A stretch of 64,000 nt of DNA from NCBI GenBank assembly GCA_964570825.1, contig CAZMZJ010000005.1, positions 11,734-75,733 of the forward strand, in the 5' to 3' direction. Position 1 is the stretch's first letter; each line of letters opens with the position of its first letter. Shown here one piece after another: positions 20,985 to 30,292 of this stretch. Below the pieces are notes generated by a model, which made no database searches, had not been told where the DNA came from, and saw nothing but the letters and a program-made list of their open reading frames with translations. Source of the stretch: an uncultured Lachnospiraceae bacterium (GTDB taxonomy: Bacteria > Bacillota > Clostridia > Oscillospirales > CAG-272). Both the position numbers and the translations under genes were made by a program.

Positions 20985-21751
20985 GTACGTTATGGCTGAA
21001 AATACTCGCCTGTGTCGCGATGCTCTGCGACCATATCGGCTACTTTTCGCATTACGGCTTTACGGAATACGGAGACGCGATGCGCGCATTCGGCCGAATC
21101 GCCTTTCCGATTTTCTCCTATCTGATTGCCTACGGATACAGCAAAACAGGCAACAAATATAAATACCTGCTGCGGCTTATCGCCGTCGGACTCATCTCCG
21201 AGCTGCCGTTCAGATATTGCTTTTGGGGTAAAGTCAGTTTTTTCACGCTGACAAACGTATATTTTACCTTGGCTCTGGGTCTTGCCGCGATAATATTGTC
21301 TGATTACTGTGCAAAATCCGGGACCCGGCTTGTGTATTTTTCGTTCCTGCCTGTCATAATAGCTGCGGTTGCGGCAAATATACTGGGCACCGATTATGGA
21401 GCTTACGGCGTGCTGCTTATCTTCTTTTTCCATATATCCGGAACCAACCGTATAGCCATATCAGCTTGTTCCATAGTATTTGCGGCCCGGAAAATCATCC
21501 TCGCTTATGCAGCCGTTTTGTACCATTCGATTAAAAATCTCACCCCGCTGTACTGGCCTTCGATATCAAAATGGGATTATATGCAGCTCTTTGCAGTTCT
21601 TGCTGTTGTGCCGATTCTTTTCTGCGACGGCAGCCGCGGTTACGAACTGAAATCGAAAGTGTCCCGAAAAGTAGTGCAATACTCATTTTACCTGTTCTAC
21701 CCGCTGCACCTTCTTATCCTCGGGCTTATCATCCGCAAGCTTGTCATGTAA
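20981..21751 (+). CDS. TraX-family membrane protein
   Basis: LKILACVAMLCDHIG, GRIAFPIF, ISELPF, NVYFTLALG, DYGAYG, FYLFYPLHL. Confidence 0.88.
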   Translation: MSTLWLKILACVAMLCDHIGYFSHYGFTEYGDAMRAFGRIAFPIFSYLIAYGYSKTGNKYKYLLRLIAVGLISELPFRYCFWGKVSFFTLTNVYFTLALGLAAIILSDYCAKSGTRLVYFSFLPVIIAAVAANILGTDYGAYGVLLIFFFHISGTNRIAISACSIVFAARKIILAYAAVLYHSIKNLTPLYWPSISKWDYMQLFAVLAVVPILFCDGSRGYELKSKVSRKVVQYSFYLFYPLHLLILGLIIRKLVM

Positions 21752-21923
21752 TGCAAGTCATGAAGCCGCAAAGGACTTTAATATTAAGGCTTGAGGCGGC
21801 GAGAGAAATTTTACCCTTAAAACAAAACCGATTGCAAATAACAGCGTTACGTTTTTAGAAAGACTCCGGCGGATTTTTTATCTTATATCTTGTTTAATTT
21901 GTTTAACGCATGACGTATCACAT

Positions 21924-21960
21924 AAAAAGCAGCAGCGGCGAAATCGCCGCTGCTGCTTTG
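21924..21960. terminator. terminator between traX-like gene and hydrogenase operon
   Basis: GCAGCAGCGGCGA-aa-TCGCCGCTGCTGC with flanking A/T runs. Confidence 0.8.
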
Positions 21961-21976
21961 TATTTTGTGACCTAAT

Positions 21977-23737
21977 TTACATGCCTCTCTTGACATAGGT
22001 GGTGTGCAGGATCTCATGTGCCTTGTGGCTGTTCGGCTTGCCGAAGAATTCGTTGTAAAGAATTTTGACAGCCGAGTTTTCATGCGACTTGCGCAGATCC
22101 ATCTTTTTGTCGGCATTGTAAAGAATCGATGCGCGTCTTGCTCTGAGGTCGATTTCAGCGCGGACCGATGCCGGCTGATAAGGCTGACCTCCGCCGTTTA
22201 CGCAGCCGCCCGGGCAAGCCATGATTTCAACGAACTGAACGTTCACTTCGCCGGACTTGATGGCGTTGAGCAGCTTCTTTGCGTTGCCGGTTCCGCTTGC
22301 GACCGCAACCTTAAGCTCAAGATCGCCGAGCTTGTATGTTGCGTACTTGATTCCCGCGGTTCCTCTGACTTCCTCGAAATCAAGCTTCTGAAGCGGCACG
22401 CCGAGCACCACCTCAGCGGCAGTGCGGAGCGCAGCCTCCATAACGCCTCCGGTGGCTCCGAAGATAGCGCCCGCGCCCGAGCCGATTCCGAACGGATCGT
22501 CGAACTTTTCGTCGTCAAGAGCCTTAAAGTTGATTCCGGCTCTTTCAATCATGCGGCCGAGCTCACGGGTGGTGACGGCAACGTCGACATCCGGAACGCC
22601 TGCGGCGGCCTCGTCGGGACGGCCGACCTCGAATTTCTTTGCCGTGCAGGGTATTGCCGAAACGAAGAATATATCCTTCGGATCCCAGCCATTTTTCTGT
22701 GCGAAATAAGTCTTCATCAGCGCGCCGAACATCTGCTGAGGCGACTTGCAGGTTGAGAGGTTCTCGGTCATCTCGGGGAAATAATGCTCGCAGAACTTGA
22801 TCCATCCCGGCGAGCAGGAAGTGATAAGCGGGAGCTTCTTGCCTTCCTTAAGACGGCCGAGCAGCTCGTAAGCTTCCTCCATAATCGTAAGGTCGGCGGT
22901 CATGTTCATATTGTAAACGCCGTCAAAGCCAAGGCGCTTCAGGGCCGCAACCATCTTTCCTTCGCAGTCGGTTCCGGGTTCGTAGCCGAAGCACTCGCCT
23001 ATCTGCGCGCGGACCGAGGGAGCGGTGCAGATAAACACCTTTTTCTTCGGATCAGCTATTGCAGCGCGGATTTTGTCGGTATCGTCTCTCTCGTGCAGAG
23101 CTCCTGTTGGGCAGGCAACAATGCACTGACCGCAATTGATGCAGGTGGTGTTGGCGAGATCAGTCTCGAACGCGCAGCCGATATGAGTGTCGAAGCCGCG
23201 GTCGTTGGCGCCGATGACGCCGATTCCCTGAATATTCTTGCATGCTGCCACGCAGCGGCGGCAGAGCACGCATTTTGAGTTGTCGCGGATAATCGAAGCC
23301 GACGAGGTGTCAATCTTCGACTCGGTTTTAGCTCCGCCAAAGCGTGTAGATTCGACGCCGTAGTCGAGGCAGAGCTTCTGCAGCTCGCAGGTTGTGCTGC
23401 GGATGCAGGAGAGGCAGTTCTTGTTATGGTTTGAGAGCAGCAGCTCAAGGTTCATTTTTCTCGAGTTGTTGATCTTGGGAGTGTTTGTCAGAATCGACAT
23501 ACCCTCGGTTGCGGGGTAAACGCATGCAGTGACCATTCTGTACGGGCCGAGAGCGCCGTCTCTTCCCTTCTCGGCGACCTCGACAAGGCAGATGCGGCAG
23601 GCGCCTATCTCGTTGATTTCCTTGAGGTAGCACAGAGTGGGAATATCTATTTTTGCGGCTTTTGCAGCCTGAAGGACCGTCGAGCCCTTCGCGACCGCAT
23701 AATCTTTGCCGTTGATTTTAACATTTATTGTTTCCAT
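21977..23737 (-). CDS. hndD: [FeFe]-hydrogenase catalytic subunit, group A (HndD/HydA)
   Basis: H-cluster motifs ITSCSPGW, PCTAKKFE, EIMACPGGCVNGGG; N-terminal 2Fe-2S and 4Fe-4S motifs (CVLCRRC, CINCGQC). Confidence 0.95.
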   Translation of the reverse strand: METINVKINGKDYAVAKGSTVLQAAKAAKIDIPTLCYLKEINEIGACRICLVEVAEKGRDGALGPYRMVTACVYPATEGMSILTNTPKINNSRKMNLELLLSNHNKNCLSCIRSTTCELQKLCLDYGVESTRFGGAKTESKIDTSSASIIRDNSKCVLCRRCVAACKNIQGIGVIGANDRGFDTHIGCAFETDLANTTCINCGQCIVACPTGALHERDDTDKIRAAIADPKKKVFICTAPSVRAQIGECFGYEPGTDCEGKMVAALKRLGFDGVYNMNMTADLTIMEEAYELLGRLKEGKKLPLITSCSPGWIKFCEHYFPEMTENLSTCKSPQQMFGALMKTYFAQKNGWDPKDIFFVSAIPCTAKKFEVGRPDEAAAGVPDVDVAVTTRELGRMIERAGINFKALDDEKFDDPFGIGSGAGAIFGATGGVMEAALRTAAEVVLGVPLQKLDFEEVRGTAGIKYATYKLGDLELKVAVASGTGNAKKLLNAIKSGEVNVQFVEIMACPGGCVNGGGQPYQPASVRAEIDLRARRASILYNADKKMDLRKSHENSAVKILYNEFFGKPNSHKAHEILHTTYVKRGM

Positions 23738-23755
23738 TATGCTTGGTCTCCTTTC

Positions 23756-25570
23756 TCACTTCTTGGATACTGCGCCGAACTTGCAGTTGTCGAGGCACGC
23801 GCCGCACTTGATGCACTTAGCCGGATCGATTTCAAACGAAGGCAGCTTGTGTCCGGGAGCGGTATAGTTGGTCTTCGAGATGCACTCTGCCGGGCAGTTC
23901 TTAGCGCACTTGCCGCAGCCTATGCACTTTTCCTTATCAATTGTATAACGGAGCAGGCTCTTGCATACGCCGGCCGGGCATTTTTTATCGACTATATGCG
24001 CGATGTACTCGTCCTTGAAGTAGCGGAGAGTGGAAATGACGGGGTTCGGAGCGGTCTGTCCGAGGCCGCAGAGAGATGCGCTCTTTATATAAGTGCAGAG
24101 CTCTTCGAGCCGTGTAATGTCCTCCATCTCGCCGTTGCCGGAGATGATTTTGTCAAGTATTTCAAGCAGGCGGCGTGTTCCGACGCGGCAGGGCGTGCAC
24201 TTGCCGCAGGATTCGTCGACAGTGAAATCGAGGAAGAAGCGGGCGATATCGACCATGCAGGTGTCCTCGTCCATTACGATAAGTCCGCCCGAGCCCATCA
24301 TCGAGCCGATTGCAATAAGGTTATCGTAATCTATGGGAGTATCGATGAGGGAAGCCGGGATGCATCCGCCGGAAGGACCGCCGGTCTGCGCGGCCTTGAA
24401 CTTTTTGCCGTTGGGTATTCCGCCGCCGATATCCTCGATGATTTCGCGAAGAGTCGTGCCCATCGGGATTTCCACGAGTCCGGTGTTGGTGATTTTGCCG
24501 CCGAGGGCGAAAACCTTTGTGCCCTTGGACTTCTCGGTTCCCATTGAAGCGAACCACTTGGGTCCTTTAAGGATTATCGGGCAGATGTTTGCGTATGTTT
24601 CGACATTGTTGAGTATCGTGGGCGATTCGAAGAGGCCCTTGACCGCCGGGAACGGAGGACGGGGACGCGGCTCGCCGCGTTTGCCCTCGATCGAAGTCAT
24701 AAGAGCGGTCTCCTCGCCGCAGACGAACGCGCCCGCGCCATAGCGGAGCTCGATGTCGAAGTTAAAGTCTGTGCCGAAGATATTTTTGCCGAGGAAGCCC
24801 ATCTCGCGGGCCTGAGAAATTGCTATCTGCAGACGGTGAATGGCGATCGGGTACTCGGCGCGGACGTAAATATAGCCCTGATCCGAACCTATTGCGTAGC
24901 CTGCGATGGCCATAGCCTCGATTACTGAGTGCGGGTCGCCCTCAAGCACCGAGCGGTCCATGAAAGCTCCGGGGTCGCCCTCGTCGGCGTTGCAGCAGAC
25001 ATATTTTTTGACGTTGCCGCGGTTTGAGCAGGCGAACTTCCACTTAAGGCCTGTCGGGAATCCGGCGCCGCCGCGTCCGCGGAGTCCGGAATCGAGGACT
25101 GTCTGGATAACCTCATCCGGTGTCATTTCCGTAAGTACTTTTCCGAGCGCCGAATAGCCGTCGACGCCAATATACTCGTTGATATCCTCAGGGTTTATGA
25201 CACCGCAGTTGCGGAGCGCGATACGTACCTGTTTTTTATAGAATGTCGTGTCGGAAAGAGACGTAGCGATATGGTGATCGCCTGTCTTCTCGTGATATTC
25301 AAGACGTGTTACGGGACGTCCCTTGAGGAGATGCTCCTCGACGATCTCAGGGATATCCTCAGGTTTGACCATGCTGTAGAATGTGCCGTCCGGATAAATA
25401 ATCATAACCGGACCGAGCGCGCAGAGTCCGAAGCAACCGGTAGTGACAATCTTCACTTCATCGGAAAGACCCTTTGCGGCCAGCTCTTTTTCAAGCACTT
25501 CCTTTAATTTTGCGCTGCCGGAAGACGTGCATCCAGTACCTCCGCAGACCAGAACGTGTGAGCGTATCAT
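23756..25570 (-). CDS. hndC: NADH/FMN-binding hydrogenase subunit (HndC/HydB, NuoF-like)
   Basis: GLRGRGGAGFPTG, NADEGDPGAFMDR, AFVCGEET, GGPSGG, SCGKCTPCR, two C-terminal 4Fe-4S motifs. Confidence 0.95.
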   Translation of the reverse strand: MIRSHVLVCGGTGCTSSGSAKLKEVLEKELAAKGLSDEVKIVTTGCFGLCALGPVMIIYPDGTFYSMVKPEDIPEIVEEHLLKGRPVTRLEYHEKTGDHHIATSLSDTTFYKKQVRIALRNCGVINPEDINEYIGVDGYSALGKVLTEMTPDEVIQTVLDSGLRGRGGAGFPTGLKWKFACSNRGNVKKYVCCNADEGDPGAFMDRSVLEGDPHSVIEAMAIAGYAIGSDQGYIYVRAEYPIAIHRLQIAISQAREMGFLGKNIFGTDFNFDIELRYGAGAFVCGEETALMTSIEGKRGEPRPRPPFPAVKGLFESPTILNNVETYANICPIILKGPKWFASMGTEKSKGTKVFALGGKITNTGLVEIPMGTTLREIIEDIGGGIPNGKKFKAAQTGGPSGGCIPASLIDTPIDYDNLIAIGSMMGSGGLIVMDEDTCMVDIARFFLDFTVDESCGKCTPCRVGTRRLLEILDKIISGNGEMEDITRLEELCTYIKSASLCGLGQTAPNPVISTLRYFKDEYIAHIVDKKCPAGVCKSLLRYTIDKEKCIGCGKCAKNCPAECISKTNYTAPGHKLPSFEIDPAKCIKCGACLDNCKFGAVSKK

Positions 25571-25599
25571 TTATATTTAATCCTCCTGATTATATCCGG

Positions 25600-25971
25600 T
25601 TATTTCTTTCCGTAGCCGATTGTATACTGTTCAACAATCTGGCCGCCCTTGAGATGCTTTTCGACAATCTCTGCAGCCTTGTCGGCAGTCATCTTGACAT
25701 AAGTAACCTTGTCCTTGCCGTCCTCGAAGATTTCGACAACCGGCTCGTACTGGCAGATACCGATGCATCCCGTCTGGGTGACTGTGACTTTATCGTTAAG
25801 TCCGAGCGCGTTGACTTTTTCGACGAAAGTCGAGAGCACAGGACGCGCGCCTGCTGCGATTCCGCAGGTAGCCATTCCGACGACGACGCGGATTTTCCCC
25901 GAGCCTTCGCGGATGGAAACTTTATTTTTCATCTGTTCTCTGAGTGCCGCGAGTTCTGCTAATGTTTTCAT
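25600..25971 (-). CDS. hndB: thioredoxin-like 2Fe-2S ferredoxin subunit (HndB)
   Basis: VGMATCGIAAGA, QTGCIGICQYEP. Confidence 0.9.
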   Translation of the reverse strand: MKTLAELAALREQMKNKVSIREGSGKIRVVVGMATCGIAAGARPVLSTFVEKVNALGLNDKVTVTQTGCIGICQYEPVVEIFEDGKDKVTYVKMTADKAAEIVEKHLKGGQIVEQYTIGYGKK

Positions 25972-25988
25972 AGCTAATATCCTCCGAA

Positions 25989-26543
25989 TTATTTTTCGAT
26001 GTTATACTGATCCGCAAGGTATCCGGATATCCACTCCAGGACCTCCGGTTCAGCCAGTGACACGTTGCCGAGTATCTTGCGCAGCCCGGCCGTGTCGAGC
26101 CGGACGTCGAACTTTGGCGTTTTGTGTCTGAAGGTATATTCAATTTCGGGATGTCCCTGAATAATCACGCAGATTGTTGACGCCATATCTCCCACTGGAG
26201 TGAAGTCAATGCTGTCGGTATGGAAGGTAGCGGTCACGGTAGTGCCGTGGTTTTCGGGGTCTGCGTCGGCCGTTTTTGACACAATTTTGAGTTCTCCGCC
26301 CGCCTGCTCGGCCGCCAGCCGAAGGAGAGGCAGGCCAAGCCCGACCTTGCGCGTCTTTCTCGTCGTGTAAAATGGATTTGTGACGCGTTCGAGTATTTCC
26401 GGCGTCATTCCGCAGCCGTCGTCTTTGACAGTCACAGTCAGCACATGGCTGTCGTCCTCGATCAGCGAAATGTCGATATGGGCCGCTCCGGCTGTTATGG
26501 AATTCTGCGTTATGTCAAGAACGTTCAGCGACAGTTCTTTCAT
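25989..26543 (-). CDS. stand-alone HATPase_c (GHKL) ATP-binding protein
   Basis: LDITQNSITAGA (N box), DDGCGM (G1), FYTTRKTRKVGLGL (F/G2), GTTVTATF; no His-box domain. Confidence 0.88.
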   Translation of the reverse strand: MKELSLNVLDITQNSITAGAAHIDISLIEDDSHVLTVTVKDDGCGMTPEILERVTNPFYTTRKTRKVGLGLPLLRLAAEQAGGELKIVSKTADADPENHGTTVTATFHTDSIDFTPVGDMASTICVIIQGHPEIEYTFRHKTPKFDVRLDTAGLRKILGNVSLAEPEVLEWISGYLADQYNIEK

Positions 26544-27041
26544 TTAATTTTTATATTTTGCAAGTATGCCCGCGACATCCGACGGTGTAAGCCTGCCGTA
26601 AACGTCTCCGTTAATAGTCATGACAGGCGCAAGTCCGCAGGCGCCGACGCAGCGGGTTGCCTCAAGCGAGTACTTGCCGTCTTTCGACGTGCTTCCCACC
26701 GGCAGATTAAGCTGCTTGGAAACCTCTTCGATAATTTTCTGAGAGCCTTTGACGTAGCATGCTGTTCCGAGGCATACGGAAATTGCGTATACTCCGTTCG
26801 GATTGAGTTTGAACTGCGAGTAGAAAGTAACAATGCCGTAAATCTCCTCGATCGGCACGCCGGTTTCTCTTGCGATTATCTTCTGAACCTCGATTGGAAG
26901 ATAACCGTATATATCCTGCGCCTCCTGAAGTATCGGCATCATTGCGCCCTTTATGTCTTTGTAGCTGGCAATAACCTTAAGGAGCTTCTCCTCCTGCTCC
27001 TTCGTGCCATGAAACTCGACAGTGGTCAGCTTCTTTTTCAT
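26544..27041 (-). CDS. hndA: 2Fe-2S hydrogenase subunit (HndA/HydC, NuoE-like)
   Basis: IVTFYSQF, VCLGTACYVKG, CVGACGLAP. Confidence 0.93.
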   Translation of the reverse strand: MKKKLTTVEFHGTKEQEEKLLKVIASYKDIKGAMMPILQEAQDIYGYLPIEVQKIIARETGVPIEEIYGIVTFYSQFKLNPNGVYAISVCLGTACYVKGSQKIIEEVSKQLNLPVGSTSKDGKYSLEATRCVGACGLAPVMTINGDVYGRLTPSDVAGILAKYKN

Positions 27042-27061
27042 TGGTGGTATTTCCTCCCTGA

Positions 27062-27079
27062 TTGATATTATTTTAACAA
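27062..27079. promoter_or_regulatory. candidate Rex operator before hndA
   Basis: TTGATAT-TATT-TTAACAA vs TTGTTAA-N4-TTAACAA (2 mismatches), directly upstream of the hndA RBS. Confidence 0.5.
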
Positions 27080-27286
27080 ATCGTACCGTAAAAACTTCCC
27101 ATTATAAAATGGGATAGGGTGAGTATGCAAACATACTTATAAACACACATCTAATATTATATTACATTGTTTTATAATTGTCTATAGTATTTTTTCATAA
27201 TTATTCAAAAACCGACAGGTATTTTTTGAATTTTATGATAAAAATTATTGATATGATGTCTGAATTCGACCATAGCTAATATTATC

Positions 27287-28021
27287 TCAGACACCGTTTA
27301 ACCGCTCTATCAAAAGTCTCCGGATTTCGTCGTCGCCGCCGCTGTCGTCAAGGCCGGGAAACTGCGGCGGATTATACGGCATTCTGTCAAGCGTATGTGC
27401 GTCAGAATTTGACAATATTGACAGCCGCCTGATCAGCGGATACTTTTCCTTATATTCGTCGATTATTGTCGCATTAAAAAATTCCGCGCACGCAAAACCC
27501 GGTTCCGGAGGGAATGAACCGAGTATTGAAATAAGCCCGTTTGCCTGCTTGTCGATATGAGCGGGGAATGCCGCACCTCCCCGCTCCCTGACAATCCGCG
27601 CGGCGCTTGTTATGTCGATGTCGGTCGCCGGTGTGAGAAGATATTCCTCCCTGCCGATAATTTCGTCGTTTCCGTTCATTAAGACCTGGTCGCCGAAAAT
27701 ATCGGGGCGGTTTTTGATTTTCATGCGGTGACGCGAAACGAATCTGTCGAAATCCATTGCGGTCTCGAGCGTCGGGAACAGGCAGACCACATGAATATCC
27801 TCAAGAGTGGTAAGCTCCATGCCGGCGACCGGAATTACGCCTCGCCTTGAGCAGGCTTCGAAAAACGCCGGGCAGTTGCCCGACGTATTATGGTCGGTCA
27901 GCGCCGCTACTCGCACTCCCGAAAGCATAGCCATTCCCGCGATGTTGTTAGGCGTCATGTCGGCATCTCCGCACGGGGACAGGCAGGAATGGATATGCAG
28001 ATCGTATGTCAGCTTCCCCAT
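27287..28021 (-). CDS. PHP domain protein (metal-dependent phosphoesterase)
   Basis: DLHIHSCLSPC, ALTDHN, GMEL...DIHVV, PAHIDK, SNSDAH. Confidence 0.92.
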   Translation of the reverse strand: MGKLTYDLHIHSCLSPCGDADMTPNNIAGMAMLSGVRVAALTDHNTSGNCPAFFEACSRRGVIPVAGMELTTLEDIHVVCLFPTLETAMDFDRFVSRHRMKIKNRPDIFGDQVLMNGNDEIIGREEYLLTPATDIDITSAARIVRERGGAAFPAHIDKQANGLISILGSFPPEPGFACAEFFNATIIDEYKEKYPLIRRLSILSNSDAHTLDRMPYNPPQFPGLDDSGGDDEIRRLLIERLNGV

Positions 28022-28028
28022 GTCGATT

Positions 28029-28361
28029 TTATATGCCGAGCTCGCGGCCGACGGCGACGGATATCGAAAACGCGCTGTCCCGGCTTCTCAAAAGGTTGAT
28101 TCCCTCTTCTCCGGCTTTCTTGACCACTTCGTCAGAAACCGGCGAATCGTCGGCGATGACAATTGCGCTGACTCCGGCGAGCATCGCGACGGCTACAATA
28201 TTTATATTCGTCATAATGGTAATCCACACCTGACCTGCTCTTGCCCTGCCCATAACCCAGCTGAGCAGGTCGCCGGTATATCCTCCCGTCACCTCGGCCC
28301 CGGGGGACGGAAGCGAAAGCGCCTCAAAGCCAAGCCTTCCGGCTAATTCGGATATTGTCAT
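28029..28361 (-). CDS. DRTGG domain protein
   Basis: GGYTGDLLSWVM, WITIMTNINIVAVA. Confidence 0.88.
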   Translation of the reverse strand: MTISELAGRLGFEALSLPSPGAEVTGGYTGDLLSWVMGRARAGQVWITIMTNINIVAVAMLAGVSAIVIADDSPVSDEVVKKAGEEGINLLRSRDSAFSISVAVGRELGI

Positions 28362-28392
28362 AATTCCCTCTTGTTTCAATAATAAGAATCAG

Positions 28393-29757
28393 TCAATTTG
28401 AATTTTTATTGCCGCCGCTGATACCGTCTGACTTATCAGCCTTGTTGTCGCTTTCTCCGAGGAAAACATTCTTGTCGGTGCTTTTGTTTTCGTCCTTCAT
28501 CCGGCACACCTTACGGCGGAGATTGATTATGCAGTCGTCAATCGAAGCCTCGCCGTTGACAATGTCCTCGGCGAGCGCCTGGCAGGTCGGGGCGCCGCAG
28601 GAACCGCAGTCAAGGTCGCAGAACGACTCGCGGATTTCCTGTATCTGGGCCATTTTTTTAAGGGCCTCGCCCCGGTCGGGGTCAAGCCGCATCACAGGCG
28701 AATAAGTGACCTCGGCGTCCCACAGCATCTCTTTCGGGACCTCCCCGTTTTTGCTGTTTTGGATATGGTTCATCGAAACCGGGAGATAGCGGCGCAGCGT
28801 CTGAAGTCTGGCTTTTGCAATGTATGGGTTTTCGACCGTAAGCGCGCCGCCCACGCAGCCGCCGTTGCAGGCATTCAGCTCGACGAAATCGAGACCTCGG
28901 ATATTTTCTTTTTCAATCTCGTCGAGAACGTGTATAACGTTCTCGATTCCGTCCGCGGCGAGGTAGCGGTCGTTCATCAGCGCGGTGGACTCGCCTCCGG
29001 TTCCCGCCCAGCCGATGCCGATTATTCCGGTTTGTGAAGCGTTGGACGGATTTGAAATTTTATTCATTTCCGACACCAGCATAAAATAAATATCGCTTAT
29101 GGCCAGAACGCCGTCGATAGCGCTTTTTTCGGTGCCGATAGGAAATTTAGCGTATGAAACCTTTGAAGGGCACGGGGAAATAAACAGGGCGCAGATATCC
29201 TCGTCTCGCAGGTCCGGATGTTTTCTCTTTGCTTCCCTTTTTGCCATTCTCGCCGCAAGCTCTACAGGCGGCATTATCGGCAGAATGTTTTCGATAAGGC
29301 TTGGGAATCTGACGGTGATAAGCCTTACGATAACCGGGCAGGCCGAACTGATAACCGGTTTCTTAATGCCCTCCCTGTGCATATACTGCCTTGTGTATTC
29401 CGACACAATCTCGGCTGCGCGCGCCACTTCGAAGACATCGTCGAATCCGCAGCGGTAAAGCCCGCTGATAATATAGTCGATGTCGTCGAGCTTGTCGAAC
29501 TGGCCGTATAGGGTAGGCGCTGGAAGAGCAATTTTATATTTATAGTCCTTGAATTTTTCAAGCTTGTCATAGCTTGCCCGCTTAGCCTGATATGGGCATA
29601 TTCTGATACACTCGCCGCAGTCGATGCACCGTTCGTTCTTGATAACGGCCTTGCCGTCCCTGACCCGGATAGCCTCCGTCGGGCAATGCTTTATGCAGTG
29701 AGTGCATCCCTTGCATAAATCCTTTTGGAGAGTCACCGAGTGCTGTACCACGTTCAT
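28393..29757 (-). CDS. HydS-like [FeFe]-hydrogenase-fold Fe-S protein (putative sensor)
   Basis: N-terminal CKGCTHC/CIDCGEC; altered H-cluster motifs SSACP, SPCPSK, ELNACNGGCVGG; C-terminal DCGSCGAPTC...C FeS domain. Confidence 0.85.
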   Translation of the reverse strand: MNVVQHSVTLQKDLCKGCTHCIKHCPTEAIRVRDGKAVIKNERCIDCGECIRICPYQAKRASYDKLEKFKDYKYKIALPAPTLYGQFDKLDDIDYIISGLYRCGFDDVFEVARAAEIVSEYTRQYMHREGIKKPVISSACPVIVRLITVRFPSLIENILPIMPPVELAARMAKREAKRKHPDLRDEDICALFISPCPSKVSYAKFPIGTEKSAIDGVLAISDIYFMLVSEMNKISNPSNASQTGIIGIGWAGTGGESTALMNDRYLAADGIENVIHVLDEIEKENIRGLDFVELNACNGGCVGGALTVENPYIAKARLQTLRRYLPVSMNHIQNSKNGEVPKEMLWDAEVTYSPVMRLDPDRGEALKKMAQIQEIRESFCDLDCGSCGAPTCQALAEDIVNGEASIDDCIINLRRKVCRMKDENKSTDKNVFLGESDNKADKSDGISGGNKNSN

Positions 29758-29830
29758 CTCGGTATTTCCTTTCTTGTCTTCTTGTATTGTTGTATAAAAT
29801 AACCGTTACGGAGCGCGAAGGAGAAAAGAA

Positions 29831-30292
29831 TCAGTCTGCCGCGGGCGACGCGGCTCCGGGCACTCTGAACTTCATAATGACTGTCGTTCCCTTTCCCACA
29901 ACGGTGTCAATGATCATCTCGTCGGAATATCTCTTCATGTTTGGCAATCCCATGCCGGCGCCGAAGCCGAGCGCCCTTATATTGTCCTTGGCGGTTGAAT
30001 ACCCCTCCTGCATGGCGAGTTCGACATCAGGTATTCCGGGGCCTGTGTCGGCCAGGACGACGCGAATTGAGTCGTCCCAGACATAAACGTCCGCCACGCC
30101 GCCGTTCGCATGGATAACCATGTTTATCTCACCCTCGTACATTGCGACCGATACCCTGCGGATCGTGTCGGCGTCGAAATCGAGCTGCCGTAACAGTTTT
30201 TTTACCTGAACCGACGCTTTGCCGGCAGAGGTGAAATCCTCGCCGTCGATATTGAAGTGGAAACAGATAGGTTCCTTTTCTTTAGTGTTCAT
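29831..30292 (-). CDS. anti-sigma-type Ser/Thr kinase (RsbT/RsbW-like HATPase)
   Basis: YEGEINMVIHA, DTGPGI, GFGAGMGLPNMKR, GKGTTV; ATGA overlap with the upstream gene. Confidence 0.9.
   Translation of the reverse strand: MNTKEKEPICFHFNIDGEDFTSAGKASVQVKKLLRQLDFDADTIRRVSVAMYEGEINMVIHANGGVADVYVWDDSIRVVLADTGPGIPDVELAMQEGYSTAKDNIRALGFGAGMGLPNMKRYSDEMIIDTVVGKGTTVIMKFRVPGAASPAAD

Noticed and set aside
20981-21751. Conjugative element implied by the TraX-family gene
   Set aside because: No relaxase, T4SS, integrase or att repeats nearby.
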